A DNA stretch of 64,000 nucleotides from a virus, in the IMG/VR virus record IMGVR_UViG_3300034103_001027, positions 42,834 through 106,833 of that record; one strand, given 5' to 3'. The position numbers and the translations under genes were made by a program. Positions 19,520 to 29,312 of this stretch are shown here, one piece after another; position 1 is the first letter of the stretch; each line of letters opens with the position of its first letter. Below the pieces are notes generated by a model, which ran no database searches, was not told the DNA's origin, and saw only the letters and a program-made list of their open reading frames with translations.

Positions 19520-20868
19520 TTATGCAGACCAGCCGTGCTCGACCATGAGTTCCTTTGTAATCTCAAACCATGGTTCGCCAAACGAAACTTCTACTTGCAA
19601 TGTGACTTCTCCAGTCTCCATGCACCAAGTGACCTCCGTTACCATCATTTCGTCCAATATCGTACACTCCGACGATCTTAAGAATTGAATCACTAATCCT
19701 TCAAATGGTGCGAATGGAAGTTCAACCTTTCGCGTGACATAGTTTCCGTGTTCATCAATTCTAAACTCTAGCGTGACTGGATGCATAGCAATGTGTTCTA
19801 CAAAAGTTGCCGGTAAGGTGTTTGGTTCGCTCAAAGTCGTCCGGCGGTAACTTTGTGACCACTACCGTTATAGATCAATACAGTTCCGCGAGATTAAATC
19901 CTTCCAGTATCATTGCCCCGATATTTTCCCCGGTGAATCGTGGGCCAGACCTGATGGAGGCTTGTCTCGGCAGAACCAACTCTTGCGATGCTGTCTTTGT
20001 TGCACCAACAGTTTCTGCCGCAATGATCCCGCTGGTACTGTTCGCTTGCGTTAGGACATAATGCAGCCTATCGCTTGGCCTAACCCTACAGCCTGTATCT
20101 GCCCAGCCAGTATCCCCGAAACAAAACCAGTGATTAAACATCAGGTCTTCGTATCTAATGAAGGTAAAACCAAATGCGTCTGCTGGGTTTAGAAATGACT
20201 CCATTGACGAAGGCTCAAATCCGTGCAAAAAGCATTTCCCGCGACACCCCAGCTCGAATACAAGAAAACTTACGTCCTCGTGCCCTGTATTGCCTGAGCC
20301 AACGCGGTAGTTACTCTCCGCAACTTCCTTATTAAATCCACTTGGATACTGCAAGTGCTCGCCGTCATCATTCCGCAATCGCAAGAACGCCTTCCACTCT
20401 CCGCGAATTAAGCTCTCAACCTGATTTGACATACTCATAACCTACGAATCACGCAAGTTCCCGGTCTTGCGTTTTACCAAGAGAGAATCACGCTCGGGAA
20501 CTGCGCGATTCGTAGAGTTCACTGGATCACTGCTCAACAGTGAATCCAAGTGTTTCAAAATGCTGCGATGTTGCAAAGTCTGTCGCAAACGGGAAGTCCA
20601 GTTCACTAACCATGTCGCCATCGGCATCAACAACTGCGATTCCAGACCAATAGTCAACGTCCAGATACGCAACCATTTCCTCACCTGGATTCAAGATCGG
20701 AGGGCTCCAGTTCGGTAGTACTACCTGCTTGAATCTCCCTGTATCTTTACAGATCTCGCACTGGTCGCAATCGCCGTGACACTTCGGGCATTCTTCCTCT
20801 GGAAATCCGACTCGCTTAATCGTGTCCAATCGTGACATGGCATTAACCCTTCTGTCTAACCTAACCAC
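19520..20868 (-). CDS. Cluster of three hypothetical genes (19520-19834, 19875-20438, 20527-20868 with CxxC motifs)
   Basis: Co-oriented ORFs in the ORF track; no recognisable family. Confidence 0.5.
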
Positions 20869-20927
20869 TGTGCTTTATAAGCAGCTTGCTTGGCAGTTTC
20901 CATTAGTCTTGCCGCTCCGTCTCGGTC

Positions 20928-20955
20928 ATTTTATTGAGTGTCTGGTATATGGCAA
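20928..20955 (-). promoter_or_regulatory. Promoter TTGCCA-N16-TAAAAT
   Basis: Intergenic, just after the UvrD stop; carries the conserved motif. Confidence 0.6.
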
Positions 20956-20963
20956 GCCACTAA

Positions 20964-22475
20964 TCAGAAAAAATCTAAATAGGGACTTGGTTTCTGGCTG
21001 TACATGACATGCAGCTGCTCTATGGTTCTTGTTATTGCAACATAAAACACTCGCAGCTCTTCGTCGCTTCCTCTTCCCTGAGGCCATTCGCCTTCGTTTA
21101 GGTGCGGCAGGATTACAATCGGCCACTCTCCACCCTTTGCCCAATGCACAGTCCCGACAGTGATCCCGTCGCCCTCTGCGATCCATTCAGGCTTAGCCTC
21201 TTCGGATCTGTAGTCAGAGAGGGTTCTTCCAGCGTAGTACCTAAGTATCTCCTCTCTTTCTATTCTGCAAAACGCATTTTCTGGTATCTTGGATAGGATT
21301 ATGTCCACCTTCCTGCCGACATTCGTTAGCCAGTCCTTGACAGCCGCTGCAACTGCCCGCTGCGGCAGGTCAGACGCTATGTATTTAACAATCTCTGGCT
21401 TGTCGCCCATCCACTGCGAAACTTTCTCTCGCGCCGTGACGCTTCCCGGCGAGGCCAGGTACATTAAAAGGTAATGCAATTGCCCGTACTTCTTGATTGT
21501 CGGCACCACCACTGGGAAGCCCTTAGACGCTAGAGCTTCTCTGACCTTAAAGACCTGATTGTTATATCTGCACAAAACTGCTACATCCTGGTAGTCGCAC
21601 CCACCTTTAACCAGCTTGGAAACTAGTGAAACAATATCGTCAGACTTGTGAACCACAACTTCTCTCTCTCGCTTCTTGGACACAACCTTTAGAGGCGTTG
21701 CGTTCGTGAGGTTCGCGATGTCTGCTATGTTCCTTGGAAATCGAAATGACTCACTCATATTCAGTGTTGGCCACTCAAGGTCGCTGAACTCCTCAGGGGT
21801 TGCCCCACGGAATCCATAAAGGCTCTGCCCGATATCCCCGACAACCATGACAGACGCATTCTTGGATATCTCGTACACAAAGTCCCATTGCAGCGGCTCA
21901 TTGTCCTGCGCCTCATCAACGAACAAATGCTCGCACCAAAGGAACTTCCCGTCCCTCGCCAATGCGATGCCAGATACCAAGAGTCCATCGAAATCCGTAT
22001 CGCCATTTATGGCTAATTCCGACAAGAACGCTTTGCATATAGGAGTCTCACTTCCCCTTCGCATGCGGTAACTGCGAATCTCCTTGCGGGATTTGCTGAT
22101 CTGCCCAGCTTCTGACTTGTAGAAATTGTACTTACCTATCTTTTTTAGGCACTTCACAATTGTGTCATCTGTCTCTTTTTCTGTTAGCACGTTCGGAAAA
22201 GTGCCATTATTTTGAAGAGTTCGAAGAATAACGCTATGAAAAGTACCCACTGTAACAGATCGATACTCCTCACCCAGCCTTGCGACTAGTTCCTTACCAG
22301 CCCTGCGGGTGAAGGTGATGGCCATGATGGATTCCGGTTCGGCGCCATCGGTGCATAAGCGGCTGATGCGGCTAGTGAGAACCGTCGTCTTGCCGCTACC
22401 TGCCGCACTAAGCACCTTAAAGTGCCTTTCCTGGCAAGAGACAATGGCTTCTTGTTCGGCTGTTAGAGTTGACAT
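20964..22475 (-). CDS. UvrD/Rep family SF1 helicase
   Basis: AAGSGKT, AITFT, GTFHS, VDEAQD, VGDxGQSLYGFRGA, TVHWAKGGEW and FYVAITR motifs. Confidence 0.95.
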   Translation of the reverse strand: MSTLTAEQEAIVSCQERHFKVLSAAGSGKTTVLTSRISRLCTDGAEPESIMAITFTRRAGKELVARLGEEYRSVTVGTFHSVILRTLQNNGTFPNVLTEKETDDTIVKCLKKIGKYNFYKSEAGQISKSRKEIRSYRMRRGSETPICKAFLSELAINGDTDFDGLLVSGIALARDGKFLWCEHLFVDEAQDNEPLQWDFVYEISKNASVMVVGDIGQSLYGFRGATPEEFSDLEWPTLNMSESFRFPRNIADIANLTNATPLKVVSKKREREVVVHKSDDIVSLVSKLVKGGCDYQDVAVLCRYNNQVFKVREALASKGFPVVVPTIKKYGQLHYLLMYLASPGSVTAREKVSQWMGDKPEIVKYIASDLPQRAVAAAVKDWLTNVGRKVDIILSKIPENAFCRIEREEILRYYAGRTLSDYRSEEAKPEWIAEGDGITVGTVHWAKGGEWPIVILPHLNEGEWPQGRGSDEELRVFYVAITRTIEQLHVMYSQKPSPYLDFF

Positions 22476-22496
22476 TTTTGCGTCTTTTGGTAGAGT
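22469..22496 (+). promoter_or_regulatory. Promoter TTGACA-N16-TAGAGT with extended -10 TG
   Basis: Upstream of the plus-strand secreted-protein gene; overlaps the UvrD start. Confidence 0.6.
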
Positions 22497-22535
22497 TTAG
22501 GTGAGTCAAGTACCCGTTAATCAAAGGAGTTCGTC

Positions 22536-23027
22536 ATGGCAAGATTATCTTTGTCGCTGTTGATTGTAGCAATCTCTTGTGGCGTTTCATCTGCCCAATA
22601 CTACAACCATGGCTCGTACTACAATAACAGCCCGTCGCACTGGCCGAATTGGCCGCCACCTACGCCATCTGATATGCCAATGAGCGCACTTGAGTTTGAG
22701 CGGATCATTGAGAGGCAGAGGCAACGCGCTCAGGAGGATACGATGCAGCAGTGGCAATATCAGCAACAAATGCAGCAGCAGATGATGTATCAGCAGCAAA
22801 TGCAGAGGCAAATGCAACAGCAAATGCTTCTCAATGAGCAGGATATCGTCATGCGTCCCGTCGAGAAGAAGATACCTTGGGGGCCTCCATTTAAGGGGCA
22901 GCCTAGAACTGAAAAGGAGAGGCAGGACCGTGAGGCTTTTAAGAAGCGATTCCGTAAGGCTCTTGACGCTTTTGATGCAAGTGGATCGGATGTTCCTTTC
23001 ATCTTCGAGGGCTACAGGTATTTATAG
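22536..23027 (+). CDS. Secreted Gln/Met-rich protein (moron-like)
   Basis: Signal peptide MARLSLSLLIVAISCGVSSA/Q, AAAGGAG RBS, poly-Q/M tract; opposite strand to its neighbours. Confidence 0.7.
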   Translation: MARLSLSLLIVAISCGVSSAQYYNHGSYYNNSPSHWPNWPPPTPSDMPMSALEFERIIERQRQRAQEDTMQQWQYQQQMQQQMMYQQQMQRQMQQQMLLNEQDIVMRPVEKKIPWGPPFKGQPRTEKERQDREAFKKRFRKALDAFDASGSDVPFIFEGYRYL

Positions 23028-23198
23028 AGCTAGCCATTGCCGTGAACCTTTACGATCCTCCCGTCCCTAATGGCTACATTGATCCTCTCTGGAATGTAAT
23101 CCATGGTCACGACACAAGCGTGATCTCCATCCTGGACCACGCGAACCGAATAGCCGTTTCGCGGCGGCCCGTTGATGGGTAGCGTTCTATTGACGAAA

Positions 23199-24484
23199 CT
23201 ATATTCCTAAATCTCTCAGTGTTGCCTCTATTTCTTTCCATGATCCAGCGCCAAAATTACTGACGTTTCTCATGCCACTCCAGCCTATCGATCTGATTTG
23301 TTCCGCAGTCAGTGGCCATATAAGCGTAGGCTGCGACTCGCAATACTCTTGCACGCAATTGCGTACCCGAGAGCTAACCTTATCCCACGGAAATGGCGTC
23401 CTACCTTGTGGCGAAGGAGAGTGTTTTTCTAGTTCGTTTGCAATGCGCTCTAGTGCTTCGGCTATTCGCAACAGAACAACGCGATCAACCGAAGCCGGAT
23501 CAACGTCGTTCGCAGTGCCTTGAGGCTCTTGATTCTTCATGCTTTACCCTTACCGATTCCCTTTCTCGCCCGCTGGTTGCGAATGCTGTGTGGATTTGAT
23601 CCTCTCATTGAACGACAGCGCCTTATAGTGCTTGCCGATGTTCCCAGCATTAAGCCACTCTAGGTACGCTTCCGCCTCTGCTTTGCTGAGACTGCTCGAC
23701 CCCTGAAATGAGACATAAGTAACACGGACATACCTCCCAGATCTGGTTGCCCATGCATTGTAGTATGGCGATATGCTCCTTCCGTCTTTAGCAGCGTTGA
23801 TGGTCTTATCTGACTCAAACCGCTTCAAGTGGTCTTTAATCTTGTCGGCTATTTCTTGCAACTTCATAATTCACCCCTCTCTTAAATGAAGAACTCTGGA
23901 TCACTAAGCGTGATTCCGGTTCGCCTTTTGAATCTTAACTTAAATAGAGCAACATCATGCTTAAGCATGGCACCGCTGCTGTATGTTCGGTACATGTGTA
24001 AGTGCTTGCCACGCTCTTCGTGATGCCTGAATGTCTGGTTGAACTGCCCGAACGCACTGAACTTGATTCCCTGGTAAGGCTCCAGTGCAGTCGTCACACG
24101 TTGACTGTAAGCATATGACTGCTTAACCTTCTCCTGTACGACATATAGTTTTAAGTCATAAGAGAATATCTCAAAAACCGGGTCGCCTCGGCTGAATTTA
24201 TAGTCACGCGACAAGCCTAAGTTGTCAGTCGCGCTTTCTTGTGAGTCCATATTCACTCTCAGGGTTGTGTGATTTCAGTCGCTCGTCTGTTTATTCGCAT
24301 CGGGTTGACTCGCAATGCGATTGTTTCTCCATCGTTCTGCTGTTTTTTCGCACATCTTGCAGCGATGCTCTTTTTTGAAGGTGTCGAATACTGCCAGCTT
24401 GTAGGAGGGAACCATTCGAGCCGTACCGTTTTTCCAGGACGGGCAATGGCACCGGCCTTTTTCGTCGCATAAGTGTTTTTTCAC
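23199..24484 (-). CDS. Four small hypothetical genes (23199-23540 with an RNAP alpha-CTD-like HhH tail, 23550-23867, 23882-24256, 24275-24484)
   Basis: Tightly packed ORFs; 'SSRVRNC...NVSNFGAGSWKEI' resembles the alpha-CTD HhH motif. Confidence 0.5.
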
Positions 24485-24595
24485 AATCGTTTGCCTCCGT
24501 GTGTCATACTTTGGCCTTCGATCTTTCTTCGATCAATCGCCCTCGCAGTTCGCTTTGACATACTCCCCACGGATAAATCCGGGGGATTCTTGGAT

Positions 24596-25735
24596 TCAAA
24601 CAGGAACAGCACAACCGGAGTTGCGACTTACATTCCCTAGCCCTGACGCCTGATGCCCCAGGCGTTTAATATTTAAAGCAGCATTCAAATCTCGATCAAC
24701 TGAACAATGACAACCACCACAATTAAAAACTCGAACATCAAGAGGCATGTTTTGAACACGACCGCATTGATGACAGGTTTTGGTTGTCGGTTCCCATTGT
24801 CCGATTTGCTCGGTACTTTTACCACGCTTGTACGCTACCCACTTCAGAATCTGCAAGAAACTATCGAACGAAAGATCGGATATCTTCCTTCCCCAAAGTT
24901 TCTGCATGGCTGCGATATTAAGCGTCTCAAAGTACATTATGTCAAACCTATCACACAACGAATGTGCCAACTTAAAGAACCAATCGGTTCTCCGGTTGGC
25001 GATTCGCTCGTGTGCTCTGCTCAATCGATACTTTGCTTTTCGGCGATTCTTGCTGCCTTTCTTTTTACTTGCCAGTTCTCGGTTGCACTTGGCAATTTCA
25101 GCCATGCTAACCTTAAAGAACTGCGGACTTTCAATGGTAGTGCCGTCGCTGCAAGTGAGGAATTGCTTGAGTCCAAAATCAAAGCCAGCCGTATGAATGG
25201 AACCTGTGACTTGATTTTGAGTCTCTTCCTTCTCACAACTAAACACTACCCAAAAACGATTCATGCTATCTCGCTTGAGCGTGCAAGTTTTGATATTGCC
25301 TTCGATCTCACGAGATTTAATGAATTTGTACTGATACTTACCAAAACGGATTCGATTTTCGCCAAGGTATGCCCAACCTGCCTGCTTGAACGTGACGCTT
25401 CCATGCCCAGCGGAACGCTTGAACTTGGGCTTGCCTCGCTTCAGCCCAGCCCGCGTCTTGATCCACTTAAAAAACGCTTGGTACGTCAAGTCGAGTTTTT
25501 CAATGACCGCCTGGACACATTGCGATCCAACGACTTGCCAAGCTTCGCGACGATTGCGAAGCTTGGCAATGTGCTTCATCAGCTGGAATTTATTGCAGTG
25601 CTTCTTGAACAATCGATAGTGGGTTTTTTGAAAAGCAACACAGTGATTGCGAATGCGAGTGGCTGTAGTCACAAGGCGATGAAGCCTGTGATTCTTGCTG
25701 CTCTCGTACATTCGGAATTTGTAGCTGATTCTCAT
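24596..25735 (-). CDS. tnpB: TnpB RNA-guided endonuclease
   Basis: RuvC D (GFDFG), E (FETL), D (DRDLNAA) and zinc finger CHQC...CGGC. Confidence 0.95.
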   Translation of the reverse strand: MRISYKFRMYESSKNHRLHRLVTTATRIRNHCVAFQKTHYRLFKKHCNKFQLMKHIAKLRNRREAWQVVGSQCVQAVIEKLDLTYQAFFKWIKTRAGLKRGKPKFKRSAGHGSVTFKQAGWAYLGENRIRFGKYQYKFIKSREIEGNIKTCTLKRDSMNRFWVVFSCEKEETQNQVTGSIHTAGFDFGLKQFLTCSDGTTIESPQFFKVSMAEIAKCNRELASKKKGSKNRRKAKYRLSRAHERIANRRTDWFFKLAHSLCDRFDIMYFETLNIAAMQKLWGRKISDLSFDSFLQILKWVAYKRGKSTEQIGQWEPTTKTCHQCGRVQNMPLDVRVFNCGGCHCSVDRDLNAALNIKRLGHQASGLGNVSRNSGCAVPV

Positions 25736-26128
25736 TTAGACGTTTCTCTGGTTTTCAATATATTGCTTAATGACCGAAAGCGGAGCACCACCCACCGTTG
25801 CGACGAAATAGCTATTTGTCCAAAGCGTTGGCATTCGACTCTTGAGGTGCCTGAATTCTGATCGAAGCAACCGACTAGTGCGTCCCTTGATCTGCTTGAC
25901 GAGGCGATGGATTCCGTACTGTGGATCGCACTCAACAAGAAGATGCACATGGTCGGGCATTGTCTCAATTTCAATTATGTCACTAAGACGCTCGCCGCAA
26001 ACCTGACGAACAATCTCCTTGAGTCGCACATCAACCGCATCAACGATTACGTTTCGCCTGTACTTCGGGCACCAAACCACGTGGTACTTGCACGAGTAGC
26101 AGACGTTGTTGTTAGTTTTGTATTTCAT
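25736..26128 (-). CDS. tnpA: IS200-type Y1 HUH transposase
   Basis: 'YHVVWCPKYRR', HUH 'PDHVHL', 'LWTNSYF' and catalytic Tyr in 'QYIENQ'. Confidence 0.95.
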   Translation of the reverse strand: MKYKTNNNVCYSCKYHVVWCPKYRRNVIVDAVDVRLKEIVRQVCGERLSDIIEIETMPDHVHLLVECDPQYGIHRLVKQIKGRTSRLLRSEFRHLKSRMPTLWTNSYFVATVGGAPLSVIKQYIENQRNV

Positions 26129-26415
26129 GGTCTGAATTATACCGCTCGTTACTGTATAGTCAATGCCCATTTCAAAAACATTAGGAGCGTTGGCTTATAT
26201 TCCCATGCCTAAAGGTAGGGGCTTTACGCCAAATTTGGTAATGGCTCGCTTGCATCGCCAATTTCCCAACCAAACTTGCCAACCAATCAACATCGCTTGC
26301 CGATGGCCCAACCAGGCTACCAAGGCGATCTGCTGCCAATTTGACTGTTTCTACCCAAGTCTCTCGTTGCGACTCTAGCTGACCTTGAATTTCTTTTTCT
26401 CGTTCGCTCATTTCA

Positions 26416-26745
26416 TTATTTCCCCTTATGATTGTTGTGTTCTTGGAATTCATCGGAATCTCTGTACCCAAGCTTCCATAGTATGCGACTTAAGTCTGCA
26501 GCCAAATGCTCCACGTAGTCCTCCGAATGCACAAACCCAATAGCGCATTGGTCGCACGCATGTATCACTTCATGAATCACCGCCTCTAGTTTTGTTTTGC
26601 CGCACAGGTTTGAATCAATCCAGATCGATCTATTCTTCGCCACGACTGGATCGCAAAGCCCGTCCACTTTTTCCCCATTCGACTTATGCCGACCAAGGGC
26701 CTTGAATTCAATGTTCCAGTACTTGCGTAATATCTTGACTCTCAT
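26416..26745 (-). CDS. Small HExxH metallopeptidase-like protein
   Basis: 'IWIDSNL...AVIHEVIHA'. Confidence 0.6.
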   Translation of the reverse strand: MRVKILRKYWNIEFKALGRHKSNGEKVDGLCDPVVAKNRSIWIDSNLCGKTKLEAVIHEVIHACDQCAIGFVHSEDYVEHLAADLSRILWKLGYRDSDEFQEHNNHKGK

Positions 26746-26776
26746 TGAAAAACCCATCTGAATAATGAGACTAAAC

Positions 26777-28420
26777 CTACACCAGCACTCCACATGAAAG
26801 GTCAATCACCGCCACATCCACATCGGGCTTACTCCAGTGCTCAAGGATCACGTTACCCTTGCGTTTAACCTTCATCGCTGCTATGGCCTTCTCGAAGGTC
26901 CTGTGATCCATCTCGGCACATTCGACCGTTAGGATAGGTGCCTTGGCATTACTCAGCTCATGGATCGCTGCAACAAGACACAACCCGTACAGTAACCTCT
27001 TGCTGCGCGCCAATGACTCAATGGCAACGTCGTCAATGGACACATCCAAGGTCCATCCACGGCCATTCTGGTTGACGCTAACGTAGAGGTTGCTGAGGCC
27101 AGCAGCACCAAGCATCTCATTTGCCTTTGATTCAATTGGCCCTTTTAGCTTCTGAACCTCCTCAGTAAGACGCTTCTTGGCCGTCTCCAATCTTGTCGCA
27201 ACGCCTTCAAGTTCCATGAACGCCTTGTTCCTGGCCTCAACCTGCTTCTTCATTGCTGCTTCATATGCATCCCACGCGCTTGCGGCTTGTACTTGCTGCT
27301 TAAGCGTCGAGATTGACGCATGTGCAGCAAAGAGAGCCTGGTCGTCTAAGATGCAATCGAAGCTGGGCTTCAGGCCAGCAGTGGCCATCGTGACCGCCTC
27401 GATCTTGTCAAGCGCTGTGTTGATTTGCTTGATTTCGTTGGCGTACTTATTGGACAACTCGCTCAGCTTTCCAGAGGCTGCGTACACCCTAAGGCCATCT
27501 GCCTCTGGGATCGTGCTCTTGAACGTCGCGGATTCAGGCAGCTCCAATTCCCCCTCGGGGATCTGACTGCAGATCAAGTCACTCCACTCCTGGGTAGCCG
27601 CCTTCGGATTAGCCCACTGAACAGCTTGCACCAAAAGATGCACTGTATCCTGAACAGCCACCCTAAGAGGCACACCGCGCCCTCTAGCAGAGGAGACAAT
27701 CTTTGGCTCTTTGCTAGACGCCTCCTGGTATATGGCAAGCTGGGTATTTGCTTTTTCAAGCTCAGCGTTTACGTGCGACAGCTTTGTGTTTAGGCCCTGA
27801 AGGATGCCGGTTAGCCGCTGCTTATCAGCCACCCGAGCGGCAGCCTCAGTCTCGGTGCTCTCGAGTTTCGCATTGGCACTGACTTGCATGTTGTGCCTGG
27901 AAAGCTTTTGCTCGATCTCCCTGATCTGATCTTCGATCTCATGGATTGGAGGACCAGTGTACGTGTCAGGCGTCGGCGGCGTCGGTGCGTCGATGATAGT
28001 CTTTAGTCTTTTGCGGTCAGCTTCGAGCGATGCGATGTCCGATTCAATTGAATCAAGTGTCCCTGGTGGCGAGATAAGCTTCAGTCTTCCAGCGCCAGTA
28101 AGGGACCAGAATTCATCGACAGTGCTCGGCAGTCCACCCTGTGTCTCAGGGTCCTCCCACGCCTTCTTGCCTCCACGGATACTCCATGAAGCTTCGATGC
28201 CACGCCCCCAGGCCGTTGCTACCGCTGCATCGCCGCTCATCAGCTTAGACTGCGCTGATGCAATGGCTCCTATTTCGCATCGACCTGTAGCGGCAAGCTG
28301 TAGTGCGGCAGTAGCAGCAGACTTGCCTGATTCGTTGGGGCCCGTGATTACCAGCACATTATCCAACTGAATGGTGTTTGAAGTGCCCTTGACGCCGCTA
28401 TAACTTAAATTAGTAAACAT
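26777..28420 (-). CDS. SMC/SbcC/RecF-like coiled-coil ATPase
   Basis: N-terminal Walker A GPNESGKS, long coiled coil, degenerate C-terminal signature/Walker B (LARSKR...LTVECAEMD). Confidence 0.75.
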   Translation of the reverse strand: MFTNLSYSGVKGTSNTIQLDNVLVITGPNESGKSAATAALQLAATGRCEIGAIASAQSKLMSGDAAVATAWGRGIEASWSIRGGKKAWEDPETQGGLPSTVDEFWSLTGAGRLKLISPPGTLDSIESDIASLEADRKRLKTIIDAPTPPTPDTYTGPPIHEIEDQIREIEQKLSRHNMQVSANAKLESTETEAAARVADKQRLTGILQGLNTKLSHVNAELEKANTQLAIYQEASSKEPKIVSSARGRGVPLRVAVQDTVHLLVQAVQWANPKAATQEWSDLICSQIPEGELELPESATFKSTIPEADGLRVYAASGKLSELSNKYANEIKQINTALDKIEAVTMATAGLKPSFDCILDDQALFAAHASISTLKQQVQAASAWDAYEAAMKKQVEARNKAFMELEGVATRLETAKKRLTEEVQKLKGPIESKANEMLGAAGLSNLYVSVNQNGRGWTLDVSIDDVAIESLARSKRLLYGLCLVAAIHELSNAKAPILTVECAEMDHRTFEKAIAAMKVKRKGNVILEHWSKPDVDVAVIDLSCGVLV

Positions 28421-28445
28421 ATTGCTCCTGTTTTATGGTAAGCTA

Positions 28446-28874
28446 CTAGGAAATGGACTTGACTTTAATGCTTTCATTGACAAAATTGATGATGTCGCCC
28501 CAACTTCTCCCCTCATGAAACATAATTGTGATGGTGTTGAACACCTGTTCTTTGCATTCTGATGAGTACTCAAGACCACCAAAGTACCGATAAACGGACG
28601 GTTCCTGGGCACTTTCTGGATCAATATTCCATGGCAGTAGTCGTAGAATATTGATAATGGATTGCCATGCCGCATGCGCAGGGATGTGCTTCAGTAGTTC
28701 GACTGCCAGTTCGTTGGCGATTGCTACCTGAGCTTCGCACATCTGTTCTAAAGACATAGCGTGCGGACCAGTAGCAGTGTGGTCGAGGTAATCGCGAATG
28801 TGATCGCGAATATCGTGTTCGTCGTTGGCTTCAAGTGAATCGAGTAGCATCTGTCTCTCCCTACTTGTCAGCAT
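28446..28874 (-). CDS. Hypothetical protein, first gene of the replication operon
   Basis: ORF immediately downstream of a near-consensus promoter. Confidence 0.55.
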   Translation of the reverse strand: MLTSRERQMLLDSLEANDEHDIRDHIRDYLDHTATGPHAMSLEQMCEAQVAIANELAVELLKHIPAHAAWQSIINILRLLPWNIDPESAQEPSVYRYFGGLEYSSECKEQVFNTITIMFHEGRSWGDIINFVNESIKVKSIS

Positions 28875-28882
28875 AGAATAGT

Positions 28883-28910
28883 ATTATATTTTTGTGACAC
28901 CTTTGGTCAA
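28883..28910 (-). promoter_or_regulatory. Strong promoter TTGACC-N16-TATAAT, divergent from the XRE gene
   Basis: Near-consensus -35 and -10 boxes in the 51-bp divergent gap. Confidence 0.75.
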
Positions 28911-28925
28911 ACACGGAGAAAAGTT

Positions 28926-29312
28926 ATGGAAGTTGATCCTAAGCAAATCGCACTGATATCCAGCGCCAAGGCGTGGATTGCCAGTAGGATACGCGATGTC
29001 AGATTGGCTCGTGGTATGACACAGAAAGAACTCAGTAATCGCATGGCGATAACCTATACCAGAGTTTCTGACCTGGAAAACAACATCTCGGACTACAAAA
29101 TCAGCTCACTCCTTAGGGCCGCATGGGGGCTTGGAGTCTCGCTTGAGGACTTGATGAGCGGCTGCCCTGGATGGAAGTCCAAGGCAGCCATCGAAAAAAC
29201 AATGATTATTGTTGAACACCAGAGAGCCCATCACGTTCTAGTCTCTTCTGGTGTTTCGGCTCGAGAGGCTGACCGCATTTGCGCCAGACTCCTCGATGAA
29301 TCCCGGTCATAA
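28926..29312 (+). CDS. XRE-family HTH regulator (candidate repressor)
   Basis: 'IRDVRLARGMTQKELSNRMAITYTRVSDLEN...LGVSLEDL'. Confidence 0.9.
   Translation: MEVDPKQIALISSAKAWIASRIRDVRLARGMTQKELSNRMAITYTRVSDLENNISDYKISSLLRAAWGLGVSLEDLMSGCPGWKSKAAIEKTMIIVEHQRAHHVLVSSGVSAREADRICARLLDESRS

Larger units (their letters stand above)
24555..26237 (-). mobile_element. IS200/IS605-family insertion sequence (tnpA+tnpB), about 1.68 kb
   Basis: Subterminal hairpins at about 26202-26221 and 24564-24589; inserted 3' of TTAC; right end terminates in TCAA; no target duplication. Confidence 0.9.
24504..26411 (-). pseudogene. 74-aa phage gene interrupted by the IS605 element
   Basis: Removing 24555-26237 joins ...CAT TAC|AGC GAA CTG... 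in frame, giving MSEREKE...ASHY-SELRGRLIEERSKAKV*. Confidence 0.8.

Noticed and set aside
23470-23620. Integron attC-like end (GGTTGATCGCGTTGTTCTG on the minus strand)
   Set aside because: Only the 3' part resembles attC. No convincing complementary 5' arm and no integron integrase were found.
24707-25861. 384-aa plus-strand ORF
   Set aside because: Antisense shadow of tnpB/tnpA with no recognisable motifs.
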